NCBI RefSeq assembly: GCF_009796825.1
Contig: NZ_CP047030.1
Coordinates: 1,344,070 to 1,408,069 of the forward strand
Length of the DNA: 64,000 nucleotides
Direction: 5' to 3'
Origin: Algibacter sp. L3A6
GTDB taxonomy: Bacteria > Bacteroidota > Bacteroidia > Flavobacteriales > Flavobacteriaceae
Positions 19,832 through 29,110 of this stretch are shown one piece after another. A program made the position numbers and the translations under genes. The notes beneath the pieces were generated by a model. That model did not search any database, was not told the origin of the DNA, and worked only from the letters and a program-made list of their open reading frames with translations. Numbering within the stretch: the first letter of the stretch is position 1; each line of letters opens with the position of its first letter.

Positions 19832-22540
19832 ATGAAACATTTACACCCTAAATCGATATTATTTTTATTAGTAATTTTTTTCTTTTCTAATTTTGGAAAT
19901 AGCCAAAATGGGCGAGATTTATGGGGGAAAACAGCTCAGAGCAAATCGGCTAACTCCAAAAAACTAGCACGAAAATCTACTCCTAAAAAAGCATTAGAAT
20001 ACAGTTTAAATATTGAAGGGTTAAAAACGTATTTAAAAAATGCACCACAACGTGAAACTCAAACCACATCGGATATTATTTTAAGTTTCCCTGTTTCCAA
20101 CGGAAATTTTGAGGAGTTTAAAATAGAAGAAGCTTCTGTTTTACACCCAGATCTTCAGGCAAAAATGCCAGACTCTAGAAGTTATATTGGAAAAAGTATT
20201 GAAAATCCAGAAAACACCATTCGTTTTAGTATAACTCCACAAGGCTTACACACAATGCTTATGTCTGCCGGTCAAAGTACGCAATATATAGACCCTATAA
20301 GTTATGGTGAAAACAACTATTTAGTATATAGTAAAAGTGATTTACCACAATTAGAAGATCACTTTTCTTGTGAAGTTATTAGCAAAGAGATTGCCGGAAA
20401 ATCTGCAGGAACCAAAGCAACCGCAGTGGCTTTAAATGATGGATTTATTAGAACTTACCGTATAGCTATTGCGAGCACTATTGAATATTCTGAATTTCAT
20501 TGGACGGCAGCAGGATTAACTGCTACCGATTTTGAGGACGATAAAAAAAACGCAGTAATGAATGCTATGATTGTAACCATGACTAGAGTTAATGGTGTTT
20601 ACGAAAGAGAATTATCCGTCAGCATGCAATTTGTAGCAGACAATGAGAATCTTATTTTTATTGATTCAGATTCGTTTACTAATGATGATGTCGATGCATT
20701 AATAGACGAAAGCCAAATTCAAATCGATAATATTATTGGAGATAGCAATTATGATATTGGTCACACCTTCAGTACCGGATTCGGAGGCTTGGCTCAACTA
20801 GGATCTGTATGTATCTCAACTGTAAAAGCTAGAGGAGTTACGGGCCTAACTTCACCCGTTGGAGATGCTTATGACATCGATTTTGTGGCTCACGAATTAG
20901 GGCACCAGTTCGGAGCTCCACACACTTTTAATAGTAATCAAAGTAACTGTGAGGGTAGTAACAGAACGTCTACCAGCGCATACGAACCAGGAAGCGGAAC
21001 AACTATAATGGCATATGCCGGCATTTGTAGCCCAGACAACGTACAAAGTAATAGTGATGACTATTTTCACATTAATAGCTTACAACTTATTTGGAATCAT
21101 ATAAACAGTACTAATGGCTCGTGTGCAACAGAAACCACAAGCGGAAACGCCGAGCCAGAAGCTATTGTAGATGGAACAAGTTACACGATACCTAAATCTA
21201 CACCATATAAACTTTCTGGATCATCAACAGATGCCGATGGCATAGCTTCACATACCTACACATGGGAACAATTCGATTTAGGCAGCGCAGGCTTACCTTC
21301 TGAAACTAAAAGCACGGGGCCATTAGTACGCTCTTACCAAGGCACAACAAACTCTACGCGATATATTCCTAACTTAAAAGATTTATCTTATTTTAACGGT
21401 TCTACAACTTGGGAAAAACTATCATCCGTTGCACGCGATATAAACTTTAAACTCACTGTAAGAGATAATGAAACCTATGGCAGAACAGCATCGGCAGATA
21501 TGACTGTAACAACCACTGCAGCTGCCGGACCATTTGTTATAACTTCTCAAAACACAAAGAACGAAAGCTGGACACAAAATACTACACAAACCATTACTTG
21601 GGATGTAGCTGGAACAACTGGCAACGGTGTAAACACCGCAAAAGTAAACATCCTTTTATCTACCGATGGAGGATTAACATACCCAACTACATTAGCATCT
21701 AGCGTGGATAACGATGGATCGGAAGATATAACGGTACCAAACGTGACAGCACAAAACTGTAGAATATTGATTGAGGCAGACGGCAACATCTTTTTTGCGA
21801 TAAACACCGAAGATTTTGCTATTGGCTATACAGTAACAACAACTTGCTCACAATATACCGCAGCTCCAAACGCGAGCATTCCTGATAATGCAACAGCTTT
21901 TGAATATAGCACTATTAATATAAGTCCATCTACAACTATAACAGATATTAATGTAGGTGTCGACATTACACACACTTATAAAGGAGATCTACAACTTGGT
22001 TTAATAAGCCCTACCAATCAATTTATTGATTTAATGAAACCACTGTTTTGTACTACAGGAAGTTTAATTATTAAGTTTGATGATAACGCAACTGCTATGG
22101 ACTGTAATAATACAGTAAGTAACGAAAGCTATCAACCTTTAGGAAGCCTTTCTGATTTTAATGGTGAGGACTCTTCTGGAAATTGGACACTTGCTTATGC
22201 CGATTTAGCCAATGGTGATACCGGAGTTTTAAACTCTTGGTTTATTGAAATTTGCGAAACCACTTTAGTACCGCTAAGCGTTACTTCTTTCACGCTAGAT
22301 GAACTTAAAGTATTCCCTAACCCAAACAATGGTGAATTCACGCTTAAGTTAGCTGCAGCATCGCAAGAGGTTAATGTTGAAGTCTATGATATTCGCGGAC
22401 GTAGAATTTACGAACAAGCCTTTGAAGGCAACGGTAGCGTTAATGAGAACATTAACTTAAACCATGCGCAATCGGGTATGTATATTTTAAATGTAACCGA
22501 TGGGTTTAAACAAGCCACGAGGAAGATTATTATTGAATAA
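19832..22540 (+). CDS. secreted zincin metalloprotease (HEXXHXXGXXH, reprolysin/M12B-like) with proprotein-convertase P-domain and T9SS type-A CTD
   Basis: 902 aa; signal peptide; VAHELGHQFGAPHTF; P-domain-like TDINVGVDITHTYKGDLQLGLISP…GNWTL; C-terminal VFPNPNNGEFTL…GMYILNV…KIIIE. Confidence 0.8.
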   Translation: MKHLHPKSILFLLVIFFFSNFGNSQNGRDLWGKTAQSKSANSKKLARKSTPKKALEYSLNIEGLKTYLKNAPQRETQTTSDIILSFPVSNGNFEEFKIEEASVLHPDLQAKMPDSRSYIGKSIENPENTIRFSITPQGLHTMLMSAGQSTQYIDPISYGENNYLVYSKSDLPQLEDHFSCEVISKEIAGKSAGTKATAVALNDGFIRTYRIAIASTIEYSEFHWTAAGLTATDFEDDKKNAVMNAMIVTMTRVNGVYERELSVSMQFVADNENLIFIDSDSFTNDDVDALIDESQIQIDNIIGDSNYDIGHTFSTGFGGLAQLGSVCISTVKARGVTGLTSPVGDAYDIDFVAHELGHQFGAPHTFNSNQSNCEGSNRTSTSAYEPGSGTTIMAYAGICSPDNVQSNSDDYFHINSLQLIWNHINSTNGSCATETTSGNAEPEAIVDGTSYTIPKSTPYKLSGSSTDADGIASHTYTWEQFDLGSAGLPSETKSTGPLVRSYQGTTNSTRYIPNLKDLSYFNGSTTWEKLSSVARDINFKLTVRDNETYGRTASADMTVTTTAAAGPFVITSQNTKNESWTQNTTQTITWDVAGTTGNGVNTAKVNILLSTDGGLTYPTTLASSVDNDGSEDITVPNVTAQNCRILIEADGNIFFAINTEDFAIGYTVTTTCSQYTAAPNASIPDNATAFEYSTINISPSTTITDINVGVDITHTYKGDLQLGLISPTNQFIDLMKPLFCTTGSLIIKFDDNATAMDCNNTVSNESYQPLGSLSDFNGEDSSGNWTLAYADLANGDTGVLNSWFIEICETTLVPLSVTSFTLDELKVFPNPNNGEFTLKLAAASQEVNVEVYDIRGRRIYEQAFEGNGSVNENINLNHAQSGMYILNVTDGFKQATRKIIIE

Positions 22541-22549
22541 ATAACTAAT

Positions 22550-23116
22550 TTACTTACCGTTAAAACTATTCATGGTATTGCTCATTCCTGCTAAACCGAA
22601 AGATTTAATAAGCTCTACCGACTTGTTTAAACGCTCTTTCATAGTCTTGTTTTCCTCTTCGCTCCACTCGCCAAGAACATAATCGATTTGTTTACCTTTA
22701 CTGAAGGCATCACTAATCCCGAAACGGAATCTGTTATATTTTGTAGTGTTTAATGTGCTTTGGATATCTTTTAACCCGTTGTGGCCACCATCGCTACCTT
22801 TTGCTTTTACACGAATACTACCAAAGGGTAAATTAAGATCATCGGTAATTACTAATAGATTTTCTAAAGGAATTTTTTCTTTGGTAAGCCAATATTGTAC
22901 CGCTTTACCGCTTAAATTCATGTAGGTACTTGGCTTTAGTAAAATAAAGGTACGTCCTTTTAATTTATAGGTTGTAAGGTCTCCTAATTTCTGTGTAGTA
23001 AAGGTTAAATCTTCTTGAGCTGCTAAGTGATCTAATACTTTAAAACCAATATTATGGCGGGTATTTGCATACTCTGCTCCAATGTTTCCTAAACCAACTA
23101 TTAAATATTTTTTCAT
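22550..23116 (-). CDS. pth: peptidyl-tRNA hydrolase
   Basis: ORF 22550..23215; conserved protein begins MKKYLIVGLGNIGAEYANTRHNIGF at 23116. Confidence 0.9.
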   Translation of the reverse strand: MKKYLIVGLGNIGAEYANTRHNIGFKVLDHLAAQEDLTFTTQKLGDLTTYKLKGRTFILLKPSTYMNLSGKAVQYWLTKEKIPLENLLVITDDLNLPFGSIRVKAKGSDGGHNGLKDIQSTLNTTKYNRFRFGISDAFSKGKQIDYVLGEWSEEENKTMKERLNKSVELIKSFGLAGMSNTMNSFNGK

Positions 23117-23256
23117 AGGATTTTGCGCTTCTATGTTATTTTCTTTTCTAAATATTTTTAATAAAAACTGCCACATTTTATTGTTTTCTTTTAAACAAAC
23201 ATAACCAATACACACCTAACTTATCGTGCCTAACTATTGTTAATAAGTTTGCCTTT

Positions 23257-23354
23257 GCGTTAGGGATTACAGTGAAAAGCCCACAGCTTTACCAATGGTA
23301 ATTGGTGGAGCGAGGACTTGCAGCGTAAAGCCCGACCCTTTTCGGGTAACGCCC
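23257..23354 (-). repeat. copy C of short intergenic repeat family (inverted relative to copies A/B)
   Basis: Reverse complement reads GGGCGTTACCCGAAAAGGGTCGGGCTTTACGC…AATCCCTAACGC, matching ends of elements at 25921 and 38193. Confidence 0.7.
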
Positions 23355-23432
23355 AAATTATTATTTTGTGTAAAAATAAAAAAGCATCCTGAATTAACAG
23401 AATGCTTTTTAGTATTTTGAAGTGAATATGTT

Positions 23433-24047
23433 CTATTCTTGAGTTGCTTCTGCTGCTGGAGCTTCTGCACCTTCTTCTTCTTCGTCATCTTCAACAACTG
23501 CTGTTCTAGAAGTTTTAATTTGACATACAACTGTGTTATCAGTATGTAAGAAAGTATATTTTTCGTTTGCTAATTCGCTAACGGCAACTTTATCACCAAT
23601 TTTTAATGGAGTAATATCTACTTCAATAAAATCAGGAAGGTTTGCTGGAAGCGCTTTAACACGTAATTTACGGTTGTTTCTACGTAAGATACCACCATTT
23701 TTAACACCTTTTGAGTTTCCTACTAAGTTTACAGGAATATCTAAAGCGATTTCTTTGTCTTCGAATAACTGGTAGAAATCTACGTGTAAGATATTGTCTG
23801 TTACTGGGTGAAATTGAATATCTTGTAGTACTGCACTAAAAGTTTCACCACCTTCTAAATTAATCACAACTGTATGCGCATTAGGCGTGTATACTAGTTT
23901 TGAGAAGGCTAATTCTGCTGCTGCAAAATGTACTGGTTTGTCTCCTCCGTATAATACGCAAGGAACCTGACCAGCATTACGTAAGGCTTTTGCTGCTTTT
24001 TTGCCTACGCTTTCTCTTTGAGATCCGTTGATTGTAATTGATTTCAT
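23433..24047 (-). CDS. rplY: 50S ribosomal protein L25 / general stress protein Ctc
   Basis: 204 aa; [35 protein letters not shown]; acidic C-terminal tail. Confidence 0.9.
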   Translation of the reverse strand: MKSITINGSQRESVGKKAAKALRNAGQVPCVLYGGDKPVHFAAAELAFSKLVYTPNAHTVVINLEGGETFSAVLQDIQFHPVTDNILHVDFYQLFEDKEIALDIPVNLVGNSKGVKNGGILRRNNRKLRVKALPANLPDFIEVDITPLKIGDKVAVSELANEKYTFLHTDNTVVCQIKTSRTAVVEDDEEEEGAEAPAAEATQE

Positions 24048-24103
24048 TTTTAATATATATATTTAATTAATACTCTAATTTGTGTTTTCCTTTTCAGAAA
24101 AAA

Positions 24104-25045
24104 TTACATTACAAAACTTGAACTGATAGACGTATTGTTGTGTACCTTATCCATAACTTGAGCAAATAAATCTGCGCAACTTAATACACGAATTTTGTCG
24201 CTTAATGGTTTTACCGGAATAGAATCGGTTACAATAAGTTCTTCTAATTTTGAGTTTTCTAATTTCTTGTACGCATCACCAGATAAAATTGGGTGTGTAC
24301 AAATAGCTCTAACGCTCAATGCGCCACGCTCCATCATTAAATCGGCTGCTTTTGCTAGTGTTCCGGCTGTATCAACCATATCATCTACCAATACAACGTT
24401 TTTACCTGTTACGTCACCAATAAGTTCCATGTGTGAAATTACATTGGCTTTTGCGCGTTGTTTATAACAAATTACTACATCACTTTTTAACGCTTTAGAA
24501 TAGGCATAAGCTCTTTTAGAACCTCCCATATCTGGCGATGCAATGGTTAAATTTGGTAAATTTAAACTGCGTAAGTATGGTAAAAATATAGTAGATGCAA
24601 AAAGGTGATCTACTGGTTTTTCGAAAAAACCTTGTATTTGATCAGCATGTAAATCCATAGTGATTATACGTGTTGCACCTGCTGCTTCTAACATTTTCGC
24701 TACCAATTTTGCCGCAATTGGCACTCTTGGTTTGTCTTTTCTGTCTTGTCTTGCCCAACCAAAGTATGGTAAAACTGCTGTAATATGTCTTGCTGATGCT
24801 CGTTTTGCAGCATCAATCATTAACAACATTTCCATTAAGTTTTCTGGACCAGGGTTTGTTGAACCTATGATAAATATACGTGCTCCACGTATAGACTCCT
24901 CGTAAGACGGTTGGAATTCTCCATCGCTATAAGTTGAGGTAATTACTTTACCTAGTTTAGCTCCGTATGCTTTAGCGATTTTCTCGCCAAGGACTTTACT
25001 TTGAGTACACGCAAAAATTTTAGCTTCTGTTACTACTATGGGCAT
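24104..25045 (-). CDS. prs: ribose-phosphate pyrophosphokinase
   Basis: 313 aa; PRPP synthetase motifs (VDDMVDTAGT, DLHADQIQGFF). Confidence 0.95.
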   Translation of the reverse strand: MPIVVTEAKIFACTQSKVLGEKIAKAYGAKLGKVITSTYSDGEFQPSYEESIRGARIFIIGSTNPGPENLMEMLLMIDAAKRASARHITAVLPYFGWARQDRKDKPRVPIAAKLVAKMLEAAGATRIITMDLHADQIQGFFEKPVDHLFASTIFLPYLRSLNLPNLTIASPDMGGSKRAYAYSKALKSDVVICYKQRAKANVISHMELIGDVTGKNVVLVDDMVDTAGTLAKAADLMMERGALSVRAICTHPILSGDAYKKLENSKLEELIVTDSIPVKPLSDKIRVLSCADLFAQVMDKVHNNTSISSSFVM

Positions 25046-25147
25046 GGTTAATGTGTTGTTTTATAGGGATAAAAACATCTCTTGTTTTAAACAAGCTGCA
25101 AATTTATGGATTTATTTTTACCTAAAATGTATATTGATGCGTATTTT

Positions 25148-25180
25148 TTGAGTTATATATCGAAAAAATCTATATTTTTG
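25148..25180 (+). promoter_or_regulatory. putative Bacteroidota sigma-A promoter for tRNA-Leu (TTG … TAttTTTG)
   Basis: TTG at 25148-25150 and TATTTTTG (-7 motif TAnnTTTG) at 25173-25180, ~12 nt upstream of tRNA 5' end. Confidence 0.4.
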
Positions 25181-25191
25181 CTGCTCCAAAT

Positions 25192-25271
25192 GCTCAAGTG
25201 GTGGAATTGGTAGACACGTCGGATTCAAAATCCGATTCTTCGGAGTGCGGGTTCGATTCCCGCCTTGAGTA
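25192..25271 (+). tRNA. tRNA-Leu (anticodon CAA), class II with long variable arm
   Basis: GCTCAAGTGGTGGAATTGGTAGACAC… anticodon loop TTCAAAA; acceptor stem GCTCAAG/CTTGAGT; discriminator A; no encoded CCA. Confidence 0.85.
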
Positions 25272-25366
25272 CTTCTTAATACCGTAAACAACTTAATTTT
25301 AGTTTTTTACGGTTTTTTTATGCCAATATTTTGCCGAAAAAACAAGAAAACTTCAATTACCTTAAA

Positions 25367-25816
25367 TTAAAAAAGTTTAGACGCCTTTATAATAGAATTC
25401 CCTAAGCGTTTATAAGTTACCTCAGTTCCATTTGCACAAAAATGATAAACCGCTTTCTTTTTTTGCTCAGAAAAAGATAATAAAAAAACATCGTCTACCG
25501 AGCAGTTTTGATCTTTAGCAACTTTCTTTTTCACATATCTCATAGAGGAACGACCGCGTTTTAATTGCGATTGAATTTTACCATCCAACTTAGGCTCTAA
25601 GTAACCTGCTTCTAGATTACATCCGTTTTTACCTGCTGATTTAAGCGATTCGATTAGAGCAGTTTGTGATTCTGAATCTACAGCATCAAGATACTCCCAA
25701 GTATAATCGTTTTTAAGAAACACACGGCGTCCGTCCTCGGTTTTTACAATTTGACCGGTTTGCGAGAAACCAAAAGATGATACAAGTAAAAAGAAGAACA
25801 GAGCAAGGATTTTCAT
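25367..25816 (-). CDS. hypothetical secreted protein (signal peptide)
   Basis: 149 aa; MKILALFFFLLVSSFGFSQ signal peptide; no recognisable catalytic motif. Confidence 0.5.
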   Translation of the reverse strand: MKILALFFFLLVSSFGFSQTGQIVKTEDGRRVFLKNDYTWEYLDAVDSESQTALIESLKSAGKNGCNLEAGYLEPKLDGKIQSQLKRGRSSMRYVKKKVAKDQNCSVDDVFLLSFSEQKKKAVYHFCANGTEVTYKRLGNSIIKASKLF

Positions 25817-25920
25817 AAAATAGATATTGTAATTATAGTATTCAAAAATACAGCTTTCAAACCAAAAGACAGAAACAATAATATCAATTTAAAAACAGAT
25901 TTTTATTTATCCTATTTATA

Positions 25921-26007
25921 GCGTTACCCAAAAAGGGTCGGGCTTTCCGCTAAAAGTTTTGGCTCGATGCTCGCCTCGCCAAAAGCTACCGCTGCAATCC
26001 CTAACGC
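25921..26007 (+). repeat. copy A of short intergenic repeat family
   Basis: GCGTTACCCAAAAAGGGTCGGGCTTTCCGC…CAATCCCTAACGC; terminal 6-bp inverted repeat GCGTTA/TAACGC. Confidence 0.7.
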
Positions 26008-26085
26008 GAAAAAAGCCCGCTAATAACACCTTCAACATGCTATCAACAGACTTTATTTATAAAATTTATCCTCTAAAAAAGAGCG

Positions 26086-27198
26086 CTACTTAATCAATTT
26101 TCCTTTTTCTTTAGCCAATTCGTTACGTTCAATTTTATGCTCTGGGCGTGTCCATTTTGGTTTCTCACCTAAAGATTCAAATTCAGAATCGGTTGCTTCT
26201 ACAGTTTGTGGTTGTACTTTTTTGGTAAAAGGTTTTTGAGGATTCAATCCTAATAACTCAAACATTTTCATGTCTTCATTAACATCAGGATTTGGTGTGG
26301 TTAATAATTTATCGCCAGCAAAAATAGAGTTTGCACCAGCAAAAAAGCACATAGCTTGTCCTTCTCTACTCATTTGCGTTCTACCTGCACTTAAACGCAC
26401 TTGGGTTTCTGGCATAACAATTCTAGTGGTTGCTACCATCCTAATCATTTCCCAAATAGAAACTGGTTTCTCATCTTCAAGCGGTGTGCCTTCTACAGCA
26501 ACAAGTGCATTAATTGGTGTAGATTCTGGTTGCGGATTTAATGTAGAAAGCGCAACAAGCATACCTGCTCGATCTTTAATATCTTCTCCCATACCAATAA
26601 TACCACCGCTACAAACGGTAACATTGGTTTTGCGCACATTATCAATAGTATCTAATCGATCTTGGTAACCACGCGTAGATATTACTTCTTTATAATATTC
26701 CTCAGAAGAATCTAAATTATGGTTATACGCATACAAACCTGCTTCTGCCAAACGTTGCGCTTGGTTTTCGGTAATCATACCTAAAGTACAACAAACCTCC
26801 ATGTCGAGTTTATTAATGGTACGTACCATTTCTAAAACGTTATCAAACTCTTCACCATCTTTTACATTGCGCCATGCCGCTCCCATACAAACACGAGAAC
26901 TTCCACTTGCCTTAGCACGCAGAGCCTGTGCTTTAACTTGTGGCACAGACATTAAATCATTTCCTTCAACATTGGTATGATATCGAGCTGCTTGCGGACA
27001 ATACCCACAATCTTCACTACAACCACCGGTTTTTATAGAAAGTAAAGTTGATACTTGCACCACATTAGGATCATGATTTACTCGATGTACTGTTGCTGCT
27101 TCGTAAAGCAACTCCATTAATGGCTTGTTGTAAATATCTAGAATTTCTTCTTTGGTCCAATTGTGTTTTGTATCGCTCATAGATTCCATTTTTTTCAC
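26086..27198 (-). CDS. bioB: biotin synthase (radical SAM) with ~50-aa charged C-terminal extension
   Basis: 370 aa; radical SAM motif (GGCSEDCGYCPQ) in the N-terminal region; downstream of and co-oriented with TBDR 27220..29040 (21-bp gap). Confidence 0.9.
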   Translation of the reverse strand: MKKMESMSDTKHNWTKEEILDIYNKPLMELLYEAATVHRVNHDPNVVQVSTLLSIKTGGCSEDCGYCPQAARYHTNVEGNDLMSVPQVKAQALRAKASGSSRVCMGAAWRNVKDGEEFDNVLEMVRTINKLDMEVCCTLGMITENQAQRLAEAGLYAYNHNLDSSEEYYKEVISTRGYQDRLDTIDNVRKTNVTVCSGGIIGMGEDIKDRAGMLVALSTLNPQPESTPINALVAVEGTPLEDEKPVSIWEMIRMVATTRIVMPETQVRLSAGRTQMSREGQAMCFFAGANSIFAGDKLLTTPNPDVNEDMKMFELLGLNPQKPFTKKVQPQTVEATDSEFESLGEKPKWTRPEHKIERNELAKEKGKLIK

Positions 27199-27219
27199 TC
27201 TATCACAGAAAACGTTTAA

Positions 27220-29040
27220 TTAATTTAAACTATATCGCATACCAAATAAGATGTTTTTTGGTGGCATAGGTACAAAACCAGCTTCAATATAATCGGCATT
27301 AAATATATTATTCGCTGTAACAGTAAACTCTAATTGCTTTACATTAACAACTAAAGATGCATCCCAAACATTATAGCTATCACCAGTGGTACGTTGTGCA
27401 TGTTTGTAAATAATATTATGACTTACATTTTTTAATAATTGCGTGCTTAAACGTGTTGTAAAATGATGCTTTAAGGTATTTAAAGAATAGCGCGATAATT
27501 CTTTATTCTGATTTAAAATGTCATCTTCTAAAAAATTATAACCCACAGCCAGTGTTTGATTAAACGTATTTAATTTAAAATTATAAGCGGCATCAACCTC
27601 AACGCCCTTAGTGTTTACATCTGTAATATTGGTTGCTGTATAAATAGCTTCTGTAGTGTTTGGACGAATAAAATCAATTAGATTTTGTGCGTCTCTATTA
27701 TAAATTGCCACAGAACCAGAAAACCTTGGTGAAAAATATTTAATTCCAATTTCTTGTGCAAAAGCTTCTTCAACCTCTAAATCTGGATTTCCAGCTGTAC
27801 TTGGATCATTGTAAAACAAATCGGTATACGTCGGTATTCTATAAGTATAACCAATGTTACCATAAGCCTTTACGGCATCACTTATTTTGTAGCCAACATC
27901 TAAACCAGGGAAGGCATAAAAATCGAAATCTGAAAAATAAGTAACAGCAACACCAGGCGTAATATCTAGTTTATCATCAAGAACTTTGAATTTGTGTTCC
28001 AAAAACAAGGTCGTCATAAATCGATCGCGATCTCCTAAATTATTACTAGTAATAAAATCTTCAGACATATCGATTCCAAAACCTGTAATACCAGCTTTTG
28101 ATCTATAAGACCCGTTAACCTCAGCTCCTATTTTATTAGAAATATGTAAATTTCTATAAACCGTTGGATCATTACGTAAATACACATATTCATCTTGGTT
28201 TCGTTTCCAGTAAATACGTGGTTTAATTGTTAAGTTTTCAGTTTTAAACTGTGTAGAAAACGCAATTAAGCTGTTTTGAGTTTCTTCATATTGATCAGTT
28301 CCACTTTCTCTTGCATAAAAACCATTAGCACCAAACTTTCTCTCTTGAAAAGTAGCGATCATTTCAATAGCTTTTTTGTCTTTATTGAATACACTTTTTA
28401 CAAAAAAGTTACTATTATCGTAATCGGTATTGTATCGATAACCAGCCGAAGACATTTTGTCGACATGCACAATATGCGATGAATTCTCTAAATCTGTAGC
28501 AATAGTAACACCAGCGTTTAACTGACCAAACGAACCTGTTTCCGCTTTAACAGAAACCGTATTGTTTAATTCTTTTTTAGTAACAATATTAATAGCACCG
28601 TTAAAAGCATTTTGCCCAAATATACGGGCAGCAGGACCTTTAATAATTTCAATACGCTCAATAACCTCTATTGGTAAAGCGGCATTCATGGTGTGATGCC
28701 CTGTTTGTACATCATTCATTTTAACACCATCTATAAGTAAAAGCGTTTGATCAAAACTTCCGCCTCTAATGTATAAATCGGCCTGACTTCCACCAGTACC
28801 ACGACGCCTTACATCTATACCAGCCACTTGTTGCAATAAATCGGCTATGTTATTGGCAGCACTATTTTTAATAGCTTCCGCTGAAATAATATTTATAGTT
28901 CTTGAGTTTTCCTTAAAAGGAAGGTTTATTCTTGTCGACGCTACAACTATAGTATCTAAGTCTTGTTTTTGTTGCTCTTGTTGTGCATGCGAGATAAATG
29001 TGCACATAATAAAAGCAGTTAAAGCGAATGTAGTTTTCAT
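27220..29040 (-). CDS. TonB-dependent outer-membrane receptor
   Basis: ORF 27220..29184; signal peptide MKTTFALTAFIMCTFISHAQQ from ATG at 29040; plug domain (DTIVVASTRI…DLYIRGG…LIDGVKMND); C-terminal …GMRYSLN beta-barrel terminus. Confidence 0.85.
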   Translation of the reverse strand: MKTTFALTAFIMCTFISHAQQEQQKQDLDTIVVASTRINLPFKENSRTINIISAEAIKNSAANNIADLLQQVAGIDVRRRGTGGSQADLYIRGGSFDQTLLLIDGVKMNDVQTGHHTMNAALPIEVIERIEIIKGPAARIFGQNAFNGAINIVTKKELNNTVSVKAETGSFGQLNAGVTIATDLENSSHIVHVDKMSSAGYRYNTDYDNSNFFVKSVFNKDKKAIEMIATFQERKFGANGFYARESGTDQYEETQNSLIAFSTQFKTENLTIKPRIYWKRNQDEYVYLRNDPTVYRNLHISNKIGAEVNGSYRSKAGITGFGIDMSEDFITSNNLGDRDRFMTTLFLEHKFKVLDDKLDITPGVAVTYFSDFDFYAFPGLDVGYKISDAVKAYGNIGYTYRIPTYTDLFYNDPSTAGNPDLEVEEAFAQEIGIKYFSPRFSGSVAIYNRDAQNLIDFIRPNTTEAIYTATNITDVNTKGVEVDAAYNFKLNTFNQTLAVGYNFLEDDILNQNKELSRYSLNTLKHHFTTRLSTQLLKNVSHNIIYKHAQRTTGDSYNVWDASLVVNVKQLEFTVTANNIFNADYIEAGFVPMPPKNILFGMRYSLN

Positions 29041-29110
29041 AAAAGTTTTGTTTATAACGCTGCAAAAGTCGTAACTTTCCGGACGAGTTAAGTAGTCCAG
29101 TTTTAAAACA

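Noticed and set aside
22550-23215. Longer pth reading frame starting at 23215 (MCIGYVCLKENNKMWQFLLKIF…)
   Set aside because: The conserved Pth N-terminus (MKKYLIVGLGNIG) begins at 23116, and the extension has no homology character.
23267-23530. Minus-strand 87-aa ORF overlapping the rplY 3' end and repeat copy C
   Set aside because: It overlaps the well-supported rplY reading frame and the non-coding repeat element, with low-complexity K/Q-rich translation and no independent support.
24195-24905. Plus-strand ORFs 24195..24467 and 24660..24905 inside prs; 59366..59725 inside feoB; 31416..31610 and 31894..32085 inside the flotillin gene
   Set aside because: All are antisense or alternative-frame ORFs embedded in strongly supported conserved genes.
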